Shown: positions 27,025 to 40,230 of the stretch, one piece after another
Position numbering within the stretch: position 1 is the stretch's first letter
Layout: each line of letters starts with the position of its first letter
The notes under the pieces: generated by a model
What the model was told of the DNA's origin: nothing
What the model saw: the letters and a program-made list of their open reading frames with translations, nothing else
Databases searched by the model: none
Made by a program: the position numbers and the translations under genes
Source: the human T2T-CHM13v2.0 reference genome, Homo sapiens
Assembly (NCBI RefSeq): GCF_009914755.1
Contig: NC_060932.1
Reading direction: 5' to 3' (one strand)
DNA: 64,000 nt

Positions 27025-28670
27025 TTTTATTTTATTTTTTTTTTTCTGAGAAGAGTTTCACTCTTGCTGCCCAGGCTGGAGTGCAATGGCACAATCTCCG
27101 GTTCACTGCAACCTCTGCCTCCTGGGTTCAAACAATTCTCCTGCCTCAGCCTCCCTAGCAGCTAGGATTACAGGCATGTGCCACCACACCCAGCTAATTG
27201 TGTATTTTTGGTAGAGACGGGGTTTCTCCATGTTGGTCAGGGTGGTCTCAAACTCCCAACCTCAGGTGATCTGCCCGCTTCGGTCTCCCAAAGTGCTGGG
27301 ATTACAGGCATGAGCCACCGCCCTCCGCTGGCTTGTACCATTTTAACCTGCCCTATTCTCATCTCATTTTTGTCGGTTCCACAATAACCTTGAACACCAG
27401 CAGCTTCACAGCCATGGTAGTGAAACCAAGCAGCCCAGTAGCTACTAGAAACAGTTAACTGGATTTGGATCTCCTCACAATGCTTGTCCCCACATATGTA
27501 ATCTGTCTGGCAGCTCCTTGGGAAATCTCCATTAGCAAGGCTTTTCTTTATTTCACCTCATCCAGTGTTCAACAGGAAAAGTCTTGTCTCCAGAACATTT
27601 GTTGAAACTAATTGCCTAACATGGCAACTGCCTGAGGCCAAGATAACAATTGAGGCAAACAAGAGGTTGGGCAAAAAGGAAGATGAGAATGAGATGTTCC
27701 TAGTGGGCTTGGAAAAGCTTCAATGTATTACTGGGGATCTAGAAGGCCCCATGCATGTGCAAAGCTGTGCATGTACCCAGGAAAACCTAGAAAGGTCCTA
27801 ATCTCTAAGCAGAAAGTAAAGGCTGAGGCACAGCTTTAAACTGCTTGAATGCTAAAGGCATGCCCTAATACATACAGAGCTCCTCTGCAAAGGGTAGGAT
27901 ACGTTGTTTGAAGAAAAAATCAATTTAAGAAAATCTCTGTCCTATCATTAGCTGACCAGTAAACTAACCAAGCCATGACTTCAGTGCTGTTCATGACAGA
28001 AAATAGAGACTTTGCAGAATTCATACAGCAAAGCTGCTACACGAAGAGGATCAAAAATATCAGATGACAAAAACAACATCCCTGGGGAAGGTAGAGAATC
28101 TGATTTCCACAATTATTATATTATAGAATGTCCAGTTTTCAACAAGGTTATAAGACACAAAGGGAAAAAATGTAGTCAGTAAAAACTGTCGCTAAGGAAG
28201 CCTAGATATTGTATTTACTAAACAAACACTTTAAGTCAGTTATTGTAAATATGTTGAAAGAACTAAAAGAATCCTTGTCTAAATAACTAAAGGAAAGTAT
28301 GAATTGTGTCTTAGCGAATAGAGAATATCATTAAAGACACAGAAATTATATTTTAAAAATAGCTACACAGAAATTCTGGAGTTGAAAATTAAAATAACTA
28401 AAATGAAAAATTCATTGGAAGGAGTCACATCATATTTGCATTAGCAAAAGAAATGATTTGTGAAGTTAAAGGTAGTTCATTGAAATTGCCCAGTCTGAAG
28501 AAGAGAAAGAGAAAAGAACGAAGGAAAATGAACACAATTTCAGAGATCTGTGAGATAACACCAGGTATATCAACATATGCATAACAGGAGCCCCAGAAAA
28601 GAAGGGAAAGAGAAAGAGGCAGAAGTAATATTTTAAGAAATACTGACTGAAAACTTCCCAAATTTGATTA
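26800..28670 (+). mobile_element. Old L1M 5' region and ORF1 start
   Basis: Colinear similarity to the 44.8-46.4 kb L1 5' end; ORF1-like GAAATTCTGGAGTTGAAAA..GAAAAATTCA..CAACATATGCATAA..GAAAACTTCCCAAATTTG. Confidence 0.75.
26981..27329 (-). mobile_element. AluSp/Sq with (TTTA)n tail
   Basis: GAGTTTCACTCTTG..GGGTTTCTCCATGTTGGTCAGG; TSD GGCTTGTACCATTTT. Confidence 0.94.
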
Positions 28671-29249
28671 AAATGCTTGTAAGTTAAAATGATAATTGCA
28701 AGTATTCACTTCATTGATATTTGTCCTACTGCATTTCTAAAATCTTCTAAAACACAAAGTAGACATTCCTCAGCTTTAGTATGCCTACCTGCCATTTTTA
28801 GTGCAATGGAAAAAAAAAAGAATATACAGCAGTAAAACATTTTCGTTCACTGTTAAATCAATCCTATTTAATCTTAATTCTTTTTTTTCAATTGAATATA
28901 TTTTAGTGTATAATTGTCAATTTATTAACAAAAAATCTATCAAAAGTATTTTAATGTATGTTATTAATTTTATTGAAAACGACTTACTTTAAATATATTT
29001 TTATTTGATAGATTTTCACACATATAAAATTTTAATTTTCTGCCTTACAGCCCTTTAAAAACATGGAATGGGATTGCCTATTTTAGAGGGATAGTCTAAG
29101 TGACATATTAATTCATTAATTTGGCCTCCCCAAGACTTCACAACTATATCAATTCTGAATTAGGTTACTTCACAATGGGAATAATTGCTCATTCCACAAT
29201 CATTTATTGCATATATACTATGTACTCTGTACTAGGTACTGGGATGGTA

Positions 29250-29500
29250 ATAAAACATCCAGTATCTATAAAGCACTTTCTATGTGCTAAACACTGTAAT
29301 AAGCAATATATATTGACATATTTAAACTTTCCAAGCCCCCTAAGAAGTAAACACTATTATTATCTCCATTCCACGGATGGTAATAATGAGTCATAGAAAG
29401 AGTAAGTAACTTGCTCAAAATCATACAGCACTTAAGAGTTAAGTCAGGATATTAATCTGGGCAGTCTGGCTCAGAGTCCAAGACCTTCCTTATTCCACTA
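29250..29500 (-). mobile_element. MIR
   Basis: CACTATTATTATCTCCATT..AGTAAGTAACTTGCTCAAAATCATACAG..GGCAGTCTGGCTC. Confidence 0.75.
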
Positions 29501-29712
29501 GACACTAGGAGAAGACTGGCATCAATGTGTTAGTTGCAATTAAGTCCAGTTAATTCAGTTGTGGAGGTAAGTACTTCACACTAGAAGAGCACATGGGTGG
29601 GACCTCCTAACTTACCTTCTAACATGAAGTTAGGTTTCTCTACAAATTGATATCTACACTAATATATTTGATGACTATTAAGTTAATATTAGTATTAAAG
29701 GATAAAGTATCC

Positions 29713-29815
29713 TTGGCACTTGCAAGTAAACAAATAACTATATTAGAATTAATTACACTATTACCTACTTAATTTCATTATTCACTAAATGGCTCTAAGG
29801 CTGAAAGTGTTTCTG
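29713..29815 (+). repeat. Dispersed direct repeat, copy 1 (103 bp)
   Basis: Matches 32684-32786 with 2 mismatches. Confidence 0.97.
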
Positions 29816-30029
29816 ATCCTTTATCTTGATAAAGGACACTTTAAGAGGCTGCGGAGGTATCACAGGCAGAGGAAATACAATGGCAAATATCCGGATGCAA
29901 GGGAGAAGATTAGAGCCATGAGAAGTCATGAAGAACTTCTAAGAAGTTTAGTAAATTAGATTGCATTCTATACTCAAAATTGGGAGAAATGAAGCCATCA
30001 GATTTAGAGACAAAAGACTGAGGGTATTT

Positions 30030-31225
30030 TGCCAACAGGTTTATGAAAAAATGCTCAACATCACTAATCATCAGGGAAGTCCAAATTAAATCCACAATGA
30101 AATGTCACCTCACACCTGTTAGAATGGCTGTCATCAAATAGATGAAAGATAAGCATTAGCAAGGATATGGAGAGAAGCTGTTGATGGGAATGTAAGTTAC
30201 TACAGACATTATGGAAAACACTTTTAAGAAGCATGTTCTCACTCATAGGTGGGAATTGAACAATGAGAACACATGGACACAGGAAGGGGAACATCACACA
30301 CCGGGGACTGTTGTGGGGTGGGGGGAGTGGGGAGGGATAGCATTAGGAGATATACCTAATGCTAAATGATGAGTTAATGGGTGCAGCACACCAACATGGC
30401 ACATGTATTCATATGTAACAAACCTGCACGTTGTGCACATGTATCCTAAAACTTAAAGTATAATAAAAAAAAAAGAACTAATCAACAGGCGACATGTCAT
30501 AAAAAAAAAGAAAGAGAAGTTTTTCGAAAGCCAGAAATGGAATTACTATATGATCCAGCAATCTCAATTCTTGGAATATGTGTAAAGAAATTTAAATCAG
30601 TGTGAAAGAAATATTTGTACTCCTATGCTCATTGCAACATTATTCAGAGTTGCAAAATACAGAATCAACCCAAATGTCCATAGAATACTTTTCCATAGAA
30701 TAGATAAAGAAAATGTGGTACATACATACAATGGAATACTATTCAGCCTTAAAAAGGAAATTTTTGTCATTTGCAGCAATATGGATGAAACTGGAGGACA
30801 TTATGATAAGCGAAATTAGCCCAGCACAGAAAGAAAAACTATGTGATCTCATTTATAAGTGAAATGTAACCAAGTCAAAGTTACAGAAGTAAAGAGTATA
30901 ATCGTGGTTACTAGAGTCTAGGGGTGGGAGGGTGGTGAGGATGGGAAATGAGGAGATGCTGGTTAAAAGGTATAAAATTTCAGGTGGACAAGAGGAATAA
31001 TTTTTTGAAATCTATTACAGAATACAGTGACCACAATTGGTAATAATGTATCATATAGTTCACAATTGCTAAAACAGTGATTTTAAGTGTTCTCACTACA
31101 AAAAAATTTGTGAGGTGATGGATATATTAATTACCTTGATATGATAATTCCACGAGGCACACATATATCAGAACTTCACATTCTACCCTGTAAATGTATA
31201 CGATCATTATTTGACAATTTATTTT
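30030..31225 (+). mobile_element. L1MA 3' portion hosting a younger L1PA
   Basis: ATGAAAAAATGCTCAACATCACTAATCATCAGGG.. and L1MA-type 3'UTR (TGAGGTGATGGATATATTAATTACCTTGAT). Confidence 0.85.
30231..30509 (+). mobile_element. L1PA4/5-like short 3' end with probable 3' transduction
   Basis: GCATGTTCTCACTCATAGGTGGGAATTGAAC...AAAACTTAAAGTATAATAAAAAAAAAA, then 26 nt unique sequence and a second A-run. Confidence 0.9.
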
Positions 31226-31440
31226 TTGAAAGGCAGAAAGCCTTTTGTAGGTTAGCTTAATAAGTTTAAATTTGTGCTAAGTGCAATAAGTAATGAACGA
31301 GGTATAAGGGAAGCAATTTTCAGATTTGGATTTTAAGACAACTCACTCTGATTGCAATGTGAAGAATAAGCTGGAGAGGAACAAACGGAAGAGAGAAAAC
31401 ACTTAGGAGCCTGTTATATGTGACACAGACAATGACAATT

Positions 31441-31520
31441 TGAAAGATGATGCAACACTGTGAAATGTGAAAGATGGTGTCACAGATGTGAAATGTGAAA
31501 GATGATGATGTAAAATGGTG
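31441..31520. repeat. Degenerate ~28-bp tandem repeat
   Basis: TGAAAGATG(a/g)TG...TGTGAAATG repeated about 3 times. Confidence 0.8.
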
Positions 31521-32683
31521 ATTTGGGACATTTTTGGAAGACTATTTGGTTAAGTGATGTGGAGCATGGAAGCACAGGAAGGAATCAGGCATAATTCCCA
31601 AGTTTCCTTAACTAATCTCAGAAATCCCTTTTTATAAATGTGCTTCAACATTTCACTATGCTGTTGCAAATGCTCAATATATATGAGGGATACACTTATA
31701 GAAGAAAAAACAAACTCATGCAATAAATCCCTTTCAGAAATCTATATCAAAGTAACACTTTCTTACCTTTTGAACCAGTATATTCCATTTTATTACCTAA
31801 TAAGAGCAAGTCAAATGCAAGTCATGTATCCCTTGTTGCACTGGAAGTCAAAAGGCTCCAGGACAAGTTTTGCTTTCAATTCTATTAACGTTTTTTTTTT
31901 TTTGGCTTAGTTTTCTTGTATAACTAACTTCTCCCATCCCTTAGGCTTTGTCATGTACCTATAATTTTTTGATTTTGTTTTTGTGATATGTAAATGTTAA
32001 ATGGGTGTTATAAATGAACTAATACTAATGCATTTTTGACAATCTAATTAGGACAGAGAAGATTAATGTACTTAGAATACTGTACTAATAAAATTAATGC
32101 AAAGTGTGTATAAAATTAAAGAAGAATTAGAAATTAGAAAATCACTCAAACAAGGTAGGGAATTAAGACAAAGTTCTTTCACATAAGACCATTAATGAAT
32201 TTGTAATATTTATACAGTCCGAGCTAAATAAATTTAATTGAAACCTAGTATTTAATAACTATGGAAAACAAAAAAATAAACACCACTAGACATACAAACA
32301 AATAATTATAAAACAACTCAAGCTTTTTAGATTGCTAACAGGTAGAGAATGTTTGGTCAAAATATAGTCAATCTTTTGAACATTTAACTATTAGGAATGA
32401 CTTATTTTTCAAATTATATCTTAAAATCATTATATGCTTGCACAAATTGAACGGACTTGGGAGGTATTTACAGCTTGAGATTCCTAGCCTTTTTCACTAT
32501 AAATCTACAACATTAAAACCACTTAAAAATCCAGAATTATATAACATTTACCTTTATATCAATTTAATACAAGTTATAAGTAGATATGCATATTCGAACA
32601 CATATTTCACATTCTTGGAATTGTCTACTATAATATTTATTGACATCCCAGATGTACCACAATTTATTATAGTCAGTTGTATA

Positions 32684-32786
32684 TTGGCACTTGGAAGTAA
32701 ACAAATAACTATATTAGAATTAATTACACTATTACCTACTTAATTTCATTATTCACTAAATAGCTCTAAGGCTGAAAGTGTTTCTG
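32684..32786 (+). repeat. Dispersed direct repeat, copy 2 (103 bp)
   Basis: Matches 29713-29815 with 2 mismatches. Confidence 0.97.
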
Positions 32787-32991
32787 TGTGATTAAGGAAC
32801 TGATTTTCAAAAACCTATATTTCATTCATTTTAGCATAAGTTCACTTACATCAGCAGAAAAGTCACCCATAGCCAAGTACGTAAAACAATGCAAACTGAT
32901 CTCTGGTAAAGGAATTATCTCCAATTACAATACCACTTCTATGCTAACATATGTAGTTATATGGTCATTTTCCAGGTGCATTCCTACTTAC

Positions 32992-33154
32992 CTCAAGGGT
33001 TCTGTGCAATGAAGTAGAAAAAGAACAGAAAGAATTTCAGAGAGACTCATCAGCATCATCACAGGGATCCTTGATGAAGCAGATGGAAAATACAGCATGA
33101 ACCCTAATAAAAATGCTTCCTGTGCCAATCCTGAGACCACAGTGACTGTGGAAC
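32992..33154 (-). other. Candidate exon B (163 nt)
   Basis: Acceptor atgttaattcag; consensus donor GAG|gtaagt; one frame fully open and hydrophobic (STVTVVSGLAQEAFLLGFMLYF...MMLMSLSEILSVLFLLHC). Confidence 0.55.
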
Positions 33155-33236
33155 CTGAATTAACATATGTCATGAGAGGAAAGGAAGCTGAACAAAGAGC
33201 ACAGTGAAGTGACTTGGCCTGACCTCATTTCCTTAC

Positions 33237-33290
33237 CTCATGAGGACTTCGTCTGAAAGGTGAGCCCAGCGCAGCTGTGCATAGCCAATC
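33237..33290 (-). other. Candidate exon C (54 nt)
   Basis: Strong acceptor ctccttcctttttctgtgtttcccaag; donor GAG|gtaagg; 82-nt intron to exon B. Confidence 0.55.
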
Positions 33291-33585
33291 CTTGGGAAAC
33301 ACAGAAAAAGGAAGGAGCCACATTCCACACAAGCCCAGTGACACTAGACTCTCAGGAATTTCTTGAGTCAAATCAACTGTTCCCCCACTTTAAGGAAAAG
33401 GTGATTCGGGAAGACGAGAAGGCTCTCTGATACTGCCTTTCTCTTTGGGTGACTTCCTTTGGTCAGTCTTCACCCTGATCCAGCAATACCTTCCGGACAT
33501 GTCAGATAGGGCTCACTGGCCTTTGATACAGTTCAATACTGCTATTCCATTTACTATAAATTAACAGGAAGAAGGTGAAGGAGTA

Positions 33586-34034
33586 CAAGAGCCCGGCTTA
33601 TCTGCAGAAGATGTGTTCTAAGATCACCAGTGGATGCCTGAAACTGCAGATAGTACTGAATCCTGTGTACAGTGTTTTTTTTCTATACTATATGCCTATA
33701 ATAAAGTTTAATTTATACATTAGACATAGTACTCTTGCACTTTGGGGCTATCATTAAGTAAGATAAGGGCTACTTGAACACCACAACAGTCCATGTGATA
33801 ACTGAGATGACTCTTAGTGGCTAACGGATGGGTAGCATAGACAGTGCGGATGCACTGCACAAAGCGTGTTGAAGCACCCAAATGAGATTTCATCAAGCTA
33901 CTCCGATCAGCACACAATTTAAAACTTATGAATCGTTTATTTCTAAAATTTTTCACTTAAGATTTTTGGACCATGATGGTCCATGGATAACTGAAACTGC
34001 AGAAAGCAAAACCGTGGATAAAGGGGGAATACTG
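33586..34034. mobile_element. MER44 (Tigger7-derived) non-autonomous DNA transposon
   Basis: CTTATC..CCAGTGGATGCCTGAAACTGCAGATAGTAC..ATAAAGTTTAATTTATA ... AAAGCAAAACCGTGGATAAAGGGGGAATACTG; TA-flanked. Confidence 0.85.
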
Positions 34035-36606
34035 TAATTTAAAATAAAATGCAAGCTTTCTGCTTAGGAAGTGTGAGCAGGATATTCCTGCCCTTTATAG
34101 GTGACGTGAGTGCGTGTTCTTTACAATACTGCTGTAAGAGTACGTGGAACTTAATTTTCACTTCCTAAATATCCTTTCTCCTGTCCTACAAATTACAACC
34201 AGAGCCACTAAAAGAAGTAATACAATTGGAGAGGTATAATCTATAGTAATCAGTGTCAACAGAAGCAGTGAGAAAAAATAATAATAATCTACAGTAATAC
34301 AGTTAGCTCTTGCCAGGAAATGAATCAGAAGGTATTTATATTTCTATGGTTTTGGAAAACAAATTCGCTCATTAGAGAAAGTAAAGTCATTATTCACACT
34401 GTCCTCAAACAAAATGAAGTTTCACTTGATTCTTACTTGTTTTTTAATGTATTTCCATAAACTCTCATGTTTCATATTTTTTTGTTGCTAATATATTACT
34501 GATTTTTTCCTCTTAGAAATAAGAAAGTATTGCTCTGTGATGTAGGGGTGGAGGGGGAGATATTTTCATACCTCAGCCCCACCTCCACACCTACCTTGGT
34601 GCAAGCCTAGGGAGTTAGCCAGGTCTGGAGAAGCTATTAATCATGTTAATATCATTTTGGGACAATTTCACCATGGAAAAAGATATACCTCAGCCCTAAA
34701 GAAAGATTAATGTAACATAAGAAATTTAATATTAGCATAACAAATATGTATTCAAATTCTCTTTGTCCTGCATTATTGAGCCTCGTATCTGTGTTACTGC
34801 TCTAAATGACACAGCAGTCAACCTGCTATTCCCTCTAGCACCCAAACCTCTCTGTCATATGCTCTGGTGGGATTTTTCTGATATAATACAATTGTAATAC
34901 TGAAAGTAAAAAATTACCTTTGCTTTCTCCCTCCCTCTCCTTGACCTTAGCCAAAAGAATTCCTAAATAGTTCTGTTCTGCACAAATCCAACCCTATGAT
35001 TACTTCTTATCTGGCTAACAAATACAGTTATAAGCCATGGAGATGGTGTCAATAAATAATTGCAAAGGAAAGCAGAATTACCTCCTCTCATAATCACATT
35101 CATGAAATTTTATACTTTGTCCTACTAAGCCATAAACCAAATAACTAAGAGGTTGTCACATTAATTGTTCTATATGAAACTATTAAAATTCCAAACTTAA
35201 TATTCTTACTTTATATGAGAAAAAACAAAAAATGTGCAAAGAAGTAGAAAGAGTGAGAAATAAAATGCTCAATTGAATAGTACATCAAAATCATTCATAG
35301 AACACTACATCCATACAGGTAGCAGAAGGCAGTGAAACAATTTTTAAATGAAGAGTATATAAAGCTCATTTGTCTAATATAAAAAGAGTTCATGGTTTCT
35401 CAAATAAGTTTATAAATGTCTGTCACAGAAGTGACTGGATGTTGTTTCCCAAATGAATTTGCTACCACTGCTGTGATTACACAGTGATTTTTTTTGAAGT
35501 AGGCTGCAGTTCTTATTATGCCAATTCATTATGAATGAAAGGATAAGAAAACCATTACCATCGTGAGTTTACCAAATAACAAAGCAGCAGGTAAAAATAA
35601 TCTCTCCACCTGTCATTTCCATATCGGTCCTAACAGCATTGTCTAGCTTTTCAAGCTGCTTGACAAACAAACAATATTGCAACTTCTCATTGAGGCAGAC
35701 AAGACAGTATTTAGAATGAATGCATTTTCTAACCCTCACAGCAATACACTCAGAAAATCATTAGATTCCAAAGTCGTATTGTATTTTGTAATGATTTCAA
35801 GGTTATCGAAATTTTGTAAGACCTGGAGAAATGTTTTCAACCAATTATACGCTTGCAAATAATGTTAAATAATAGTTTCACATTAAAATTTTTGAGTTTA
35901 TAGAAATATGACTATTTAGAAACCTGTACATGCTTTCCCCTTTCTAAACTAAACAAGTGTGGGTTTTCTGGAAGTTTTTCTATAACTTCAAAACATAAAA
36001 TCTCTGCCCATGAAAACCATCCTTTAATATCATCAGAGGAATCAATGAACTACAACAGATACTGTTGCATTGACAAGCTCAAATTAACTGCAGATTCTTA
36101 TTTGTAAAAAGAGATGAGACTTATACAAGTACAAAATGACATCAATTTTATTGACTAAAACATTCCATCCCCCAGTTTACTAGCTCTCTTATTTAGTGCA
36201 TACCACAAGAAAGCTCTGGGTCTTTGAAGATTTCATTACACCACCATAACCCATGTTTTCTATTTGTTTTTCAAGAGAATTCTAATTAGCATATAAATCA
36301 TCTGAAATCCTTCGTAGCTCCAATTTAACTCATGGGTAATGAGGTAAGGTATTCAGTGCCTGAATATGCTGCAATAGTTCTGTACAATCTTCATAGGGTG
36401 AGAGAAAAGTACCGAAAGAGACATCAAAATTCTTTCAGGAAAAACTACATAGACCCATATTTTTAAAGAATTCAACTTGGCTTCTTTTTCCCAAATCCTT
36501 GGATTATGAAACTTCAGCTAGTCACTCAACAAGGGAAGATGTAATTCAAATTAGTTTCAAAAAGTTGCATTCTTATTATCCAAATTTTATATCCAGATAA
36601 ACTTAC

Positions 36607-36730
36607 GATCTAAGTGAAAGGACCATTCTGAGTATGTCCTCAAAAAAACACACACTATATCAGTTGTGCAGGCGGAAATGACATATTTAGAAACTACAGG
36701 CCCATATCCCATTTCCATAGACATTTGGCT
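36607..36730 (-). other. Candidate exon D (124 nt)
   Basis: Acceptor caatatttcag; donor ATC|gtaagt; open frame SQMSMEMGYGPVVSKYVISACTTDIVCVFLRTYSEWSFHLD. Confidence 0.45.
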
Positions 36731-37042
36731 CTGAAATATTGTGGCTTTACATATACAGAGAGTGGATTTCATATATTCTTCCTTTGTTTTCCATAGCTCT
36801 TTGATATATAGCTTTCAAGTTTTCCTCTTCAAAGAATGGTTTTATAGAAAACAGTGTGGAGTATTAATTTTACAGTCTATCTCTACAATGTCACGTATTT
36901 CTAACTGGACCAATGAATCAAAATATGCCTTCCATCCACAATCTTCTTATTGACATTCTACAACCACCGAAATAAGGTGGTTTGTACTAAGGACACTGCT
37001 TAAGAAAAGTCCCTTAAACTGAGACAAGAACAGTTAGCCTAG

Positions 37043-37439
<397 letters not shown>

Positions 37440-38758
37440 CCTTTCACCCTTTTCTATAAGTTTCTGAAACTGTGAATGTGACTTGAGGTTGTTATTAACC
37501 TCTTTCCATTAACGCTTCTAATCTCCATGAACTCAAATCTCGGATATCATTCCATAGAAATCAGAACTTTGCCTCAGACCTCTACTTTGCATGTTGGAAA
37601 TTTTTAAGTTGATAAAACAACAACAGAAAACCTGAGACAAAACGTAAAGATCTAGTGGTTAGTTCCTTCAGTGAGAATTCTTTCTACCATTTAGATAAGG
37701 ACAATTTAATTTAAATAAATAAAGAAATAAAAATAAAGGTTTTGAATTTTAGAGCTGGAAGGGAATTTTCTTATTTGTTTCTTGCTAATTTTATAAATGA
37801 CAAAAATTAAGGCCCAGGGAGTTGAAACAATACCTCCAATGTCACCAAAAAAGGTTAAAGAAATAAGTGGTATATAATCCAGGTCCTTTGTCACCTTGTT
37901 AACTACTACTCGGACCCTATTCAATGACCAAGATGTGGCCATTAACATCTTTACATAACATTGTGAAGAAGAAAATCATTTTAGAGCAGCAACTTGTACT
38001 TGAGGCATTAGGGAAATTTCTTGAGTAAAAAGAGGAAAATGCAGGTGAGGTCCCTTTATTAATGGAAAGTTTTAAAAAACAAATAAAGTGACTAGCAGTC
38101 TAGCTAATCAGCCTTTCTTTTTCTATAGTCATCAGCTTAATTTTATGCTAAACTATGACTCTTAGACTACCAACAGAAAACCGACTACACAGTGAATTTC
38201 TTTATTCATTTATTATTTTAGGATGTTCCCAAATGGCCATGATTTGAAAGAAGATCCCTTCTGATGATTTTCTTCGTAATCTTTTATTTTTAAGGAGAAA
38301 TAATTTAAAATTGTTCTTTGTACAGCTTTTTGCCTAAAATGAATTTCCTCTGATATACAAAAATACAACAAAATGAATACTTACAATTAGAAAAGTATCT
38401 TTATTCTTATTAGTCTAATAAGAAGAGTAGAATAAAAATGTTTTATCATCACTGCTGTGTATTAGAACTGGAAAGATTTGGGGTTCATCAGATGGAACAC
38501 TTGATTGGTTTCTACAGAATTCAATAGGAAGCCTGCATCCAGCTTCGAGTGTGCTATGACACTCATGTCACCTTGATTGTACAGTCACCATGGCAATAGT
38601 TTCATTAGCTATGCAGTAGCCTCTTTGTACTCAACTTGAATTTGTTCTGCATTATGCCACCTTTTATCAAAGCTGAACATTAGATAAATGAGTCCAAATT
38701 TTCAATCCTGATTCTAATGTTGGCAAGCCTAAAATGTTCCAAATTAGTTAGTAATTTA

Positions 38759-38971
<213 letters not shown>

Positions 38972-39701
38972 TCAAAGTAGGAATACTTGAAGATAAGTTG
39001 ATTGGTTTATTGTTGAAGTTAAGGTACCATCAGAAACATGAGTAAAATCTGAAACATTTGTAAATCTTGCTTTTTTTCCATTGTATTCAAATATCTTCAT
39101 TGTTGGTAACAATATCTAGAAGTATTTCCAATTCTTATTTGTATTACAGGGCTATTTATGTTATTAAATATATTTTTAAAATATTATGTGTAATTATTTT
39201 GTTCAGATTTGTGGATATTGGGATATTAATTGTACCCAAGTAAAATCTCTGATGCCTTTCTTCAGGATCATACATCTAAACTGTATCAGAGAGAAAGCAC
39301 AGACTCTCAAAGTTTCTAATATACCCTTTATACTTTGTTGGTTTATTTACCTAAGAGATATTTTTTCCAGTTTTATAATTTCCTGGATAATTCAGTGAGG
39401 CATTTTGACTGGGGAGAATTAAATGTCTGTACTTAAATAACTATGTTACCAAAAAACAAAATTCATATAGTGCATATGTATACATAAAAGAAAGTAACAA
39501 GTTAGTAATTGTGAATTTTTGCTGTAGATTAATGGTTGGTATCTGTGTAGATATGGTTCAAAATATAGCTTACATATAAATAACTGAAAAGCTTCTAGTC
39601 TTGTCAACACCTGTACATTAACAGGAATATCAGTTTACAGAGTTCATACCTACTTAGTTTCAGAAAGATTAACCCTTAAGCAGAATAGTGAGCAAACTTA
39701 C

Positions 39702-39820
39702 TCCATGGATATCAACATTCTACAGCAATGGGAATAAAATAAATCATCACTCCAAGTTATGTGTGGCCTGTATTCTTATATTTTTCCTGGGCACGGGAGT
39801 TACATATCATGTTTTCATTT
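39702..39820 (-). other. Candidate exon E (119 nt), stops in all frames
   Basis: Acceptor ttttgttgtgaatctctttcag; donor GGA|gtaagt. Confidence 0.45.
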
Positions 39821-40029
39821 CTGAAAGAGATTCACAACAAAATTATTATACCACACTCTAGCATAAAAAACAGGGGATTCTAACTTGTAAGAATTTGTGT
39901 CATCCTAGGATGCATTAAATATTACGGAGCTTAAGCAGCATCTCAAAAGTTTACTATTTTTCTCTGAAAAAAATTATAAATGGTAATACTAAAACTAATG
40001 GTTGCAATTGCAATAATGACTCTCACTTT

Positions 40030-40230
40030 TGTAGTGATGATGTTTACCAGACTCTGTACTAAGCCCTTTACATGTATTAATTCATTTGACCTTTACATTC
40101 TATTATTACTTCCATTTTACAGATATGGTAACTGAAGTACAAATCGATTAATTGTCTTACCCAAGGCCACATATATGACATGTGGTAAAATCAGTCTTCA
40201 AAGACTGTTAGAATGCCTCTAGAATTCAAG
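40030..40230 (-). mobile_element. MIR
   Basis: CTTTACATGTATTAATTCATTT..CCATTTTACAGAT..AACTGAAG..CCCAAGGCCACA. Confidence 0.75.

Noticed and set aside
33237-33290. WAHLSDEVLMRF resembles an F-box start (LPDExL)
   Set aside because: Too short, lacks the proline and the downstream F-box pattern
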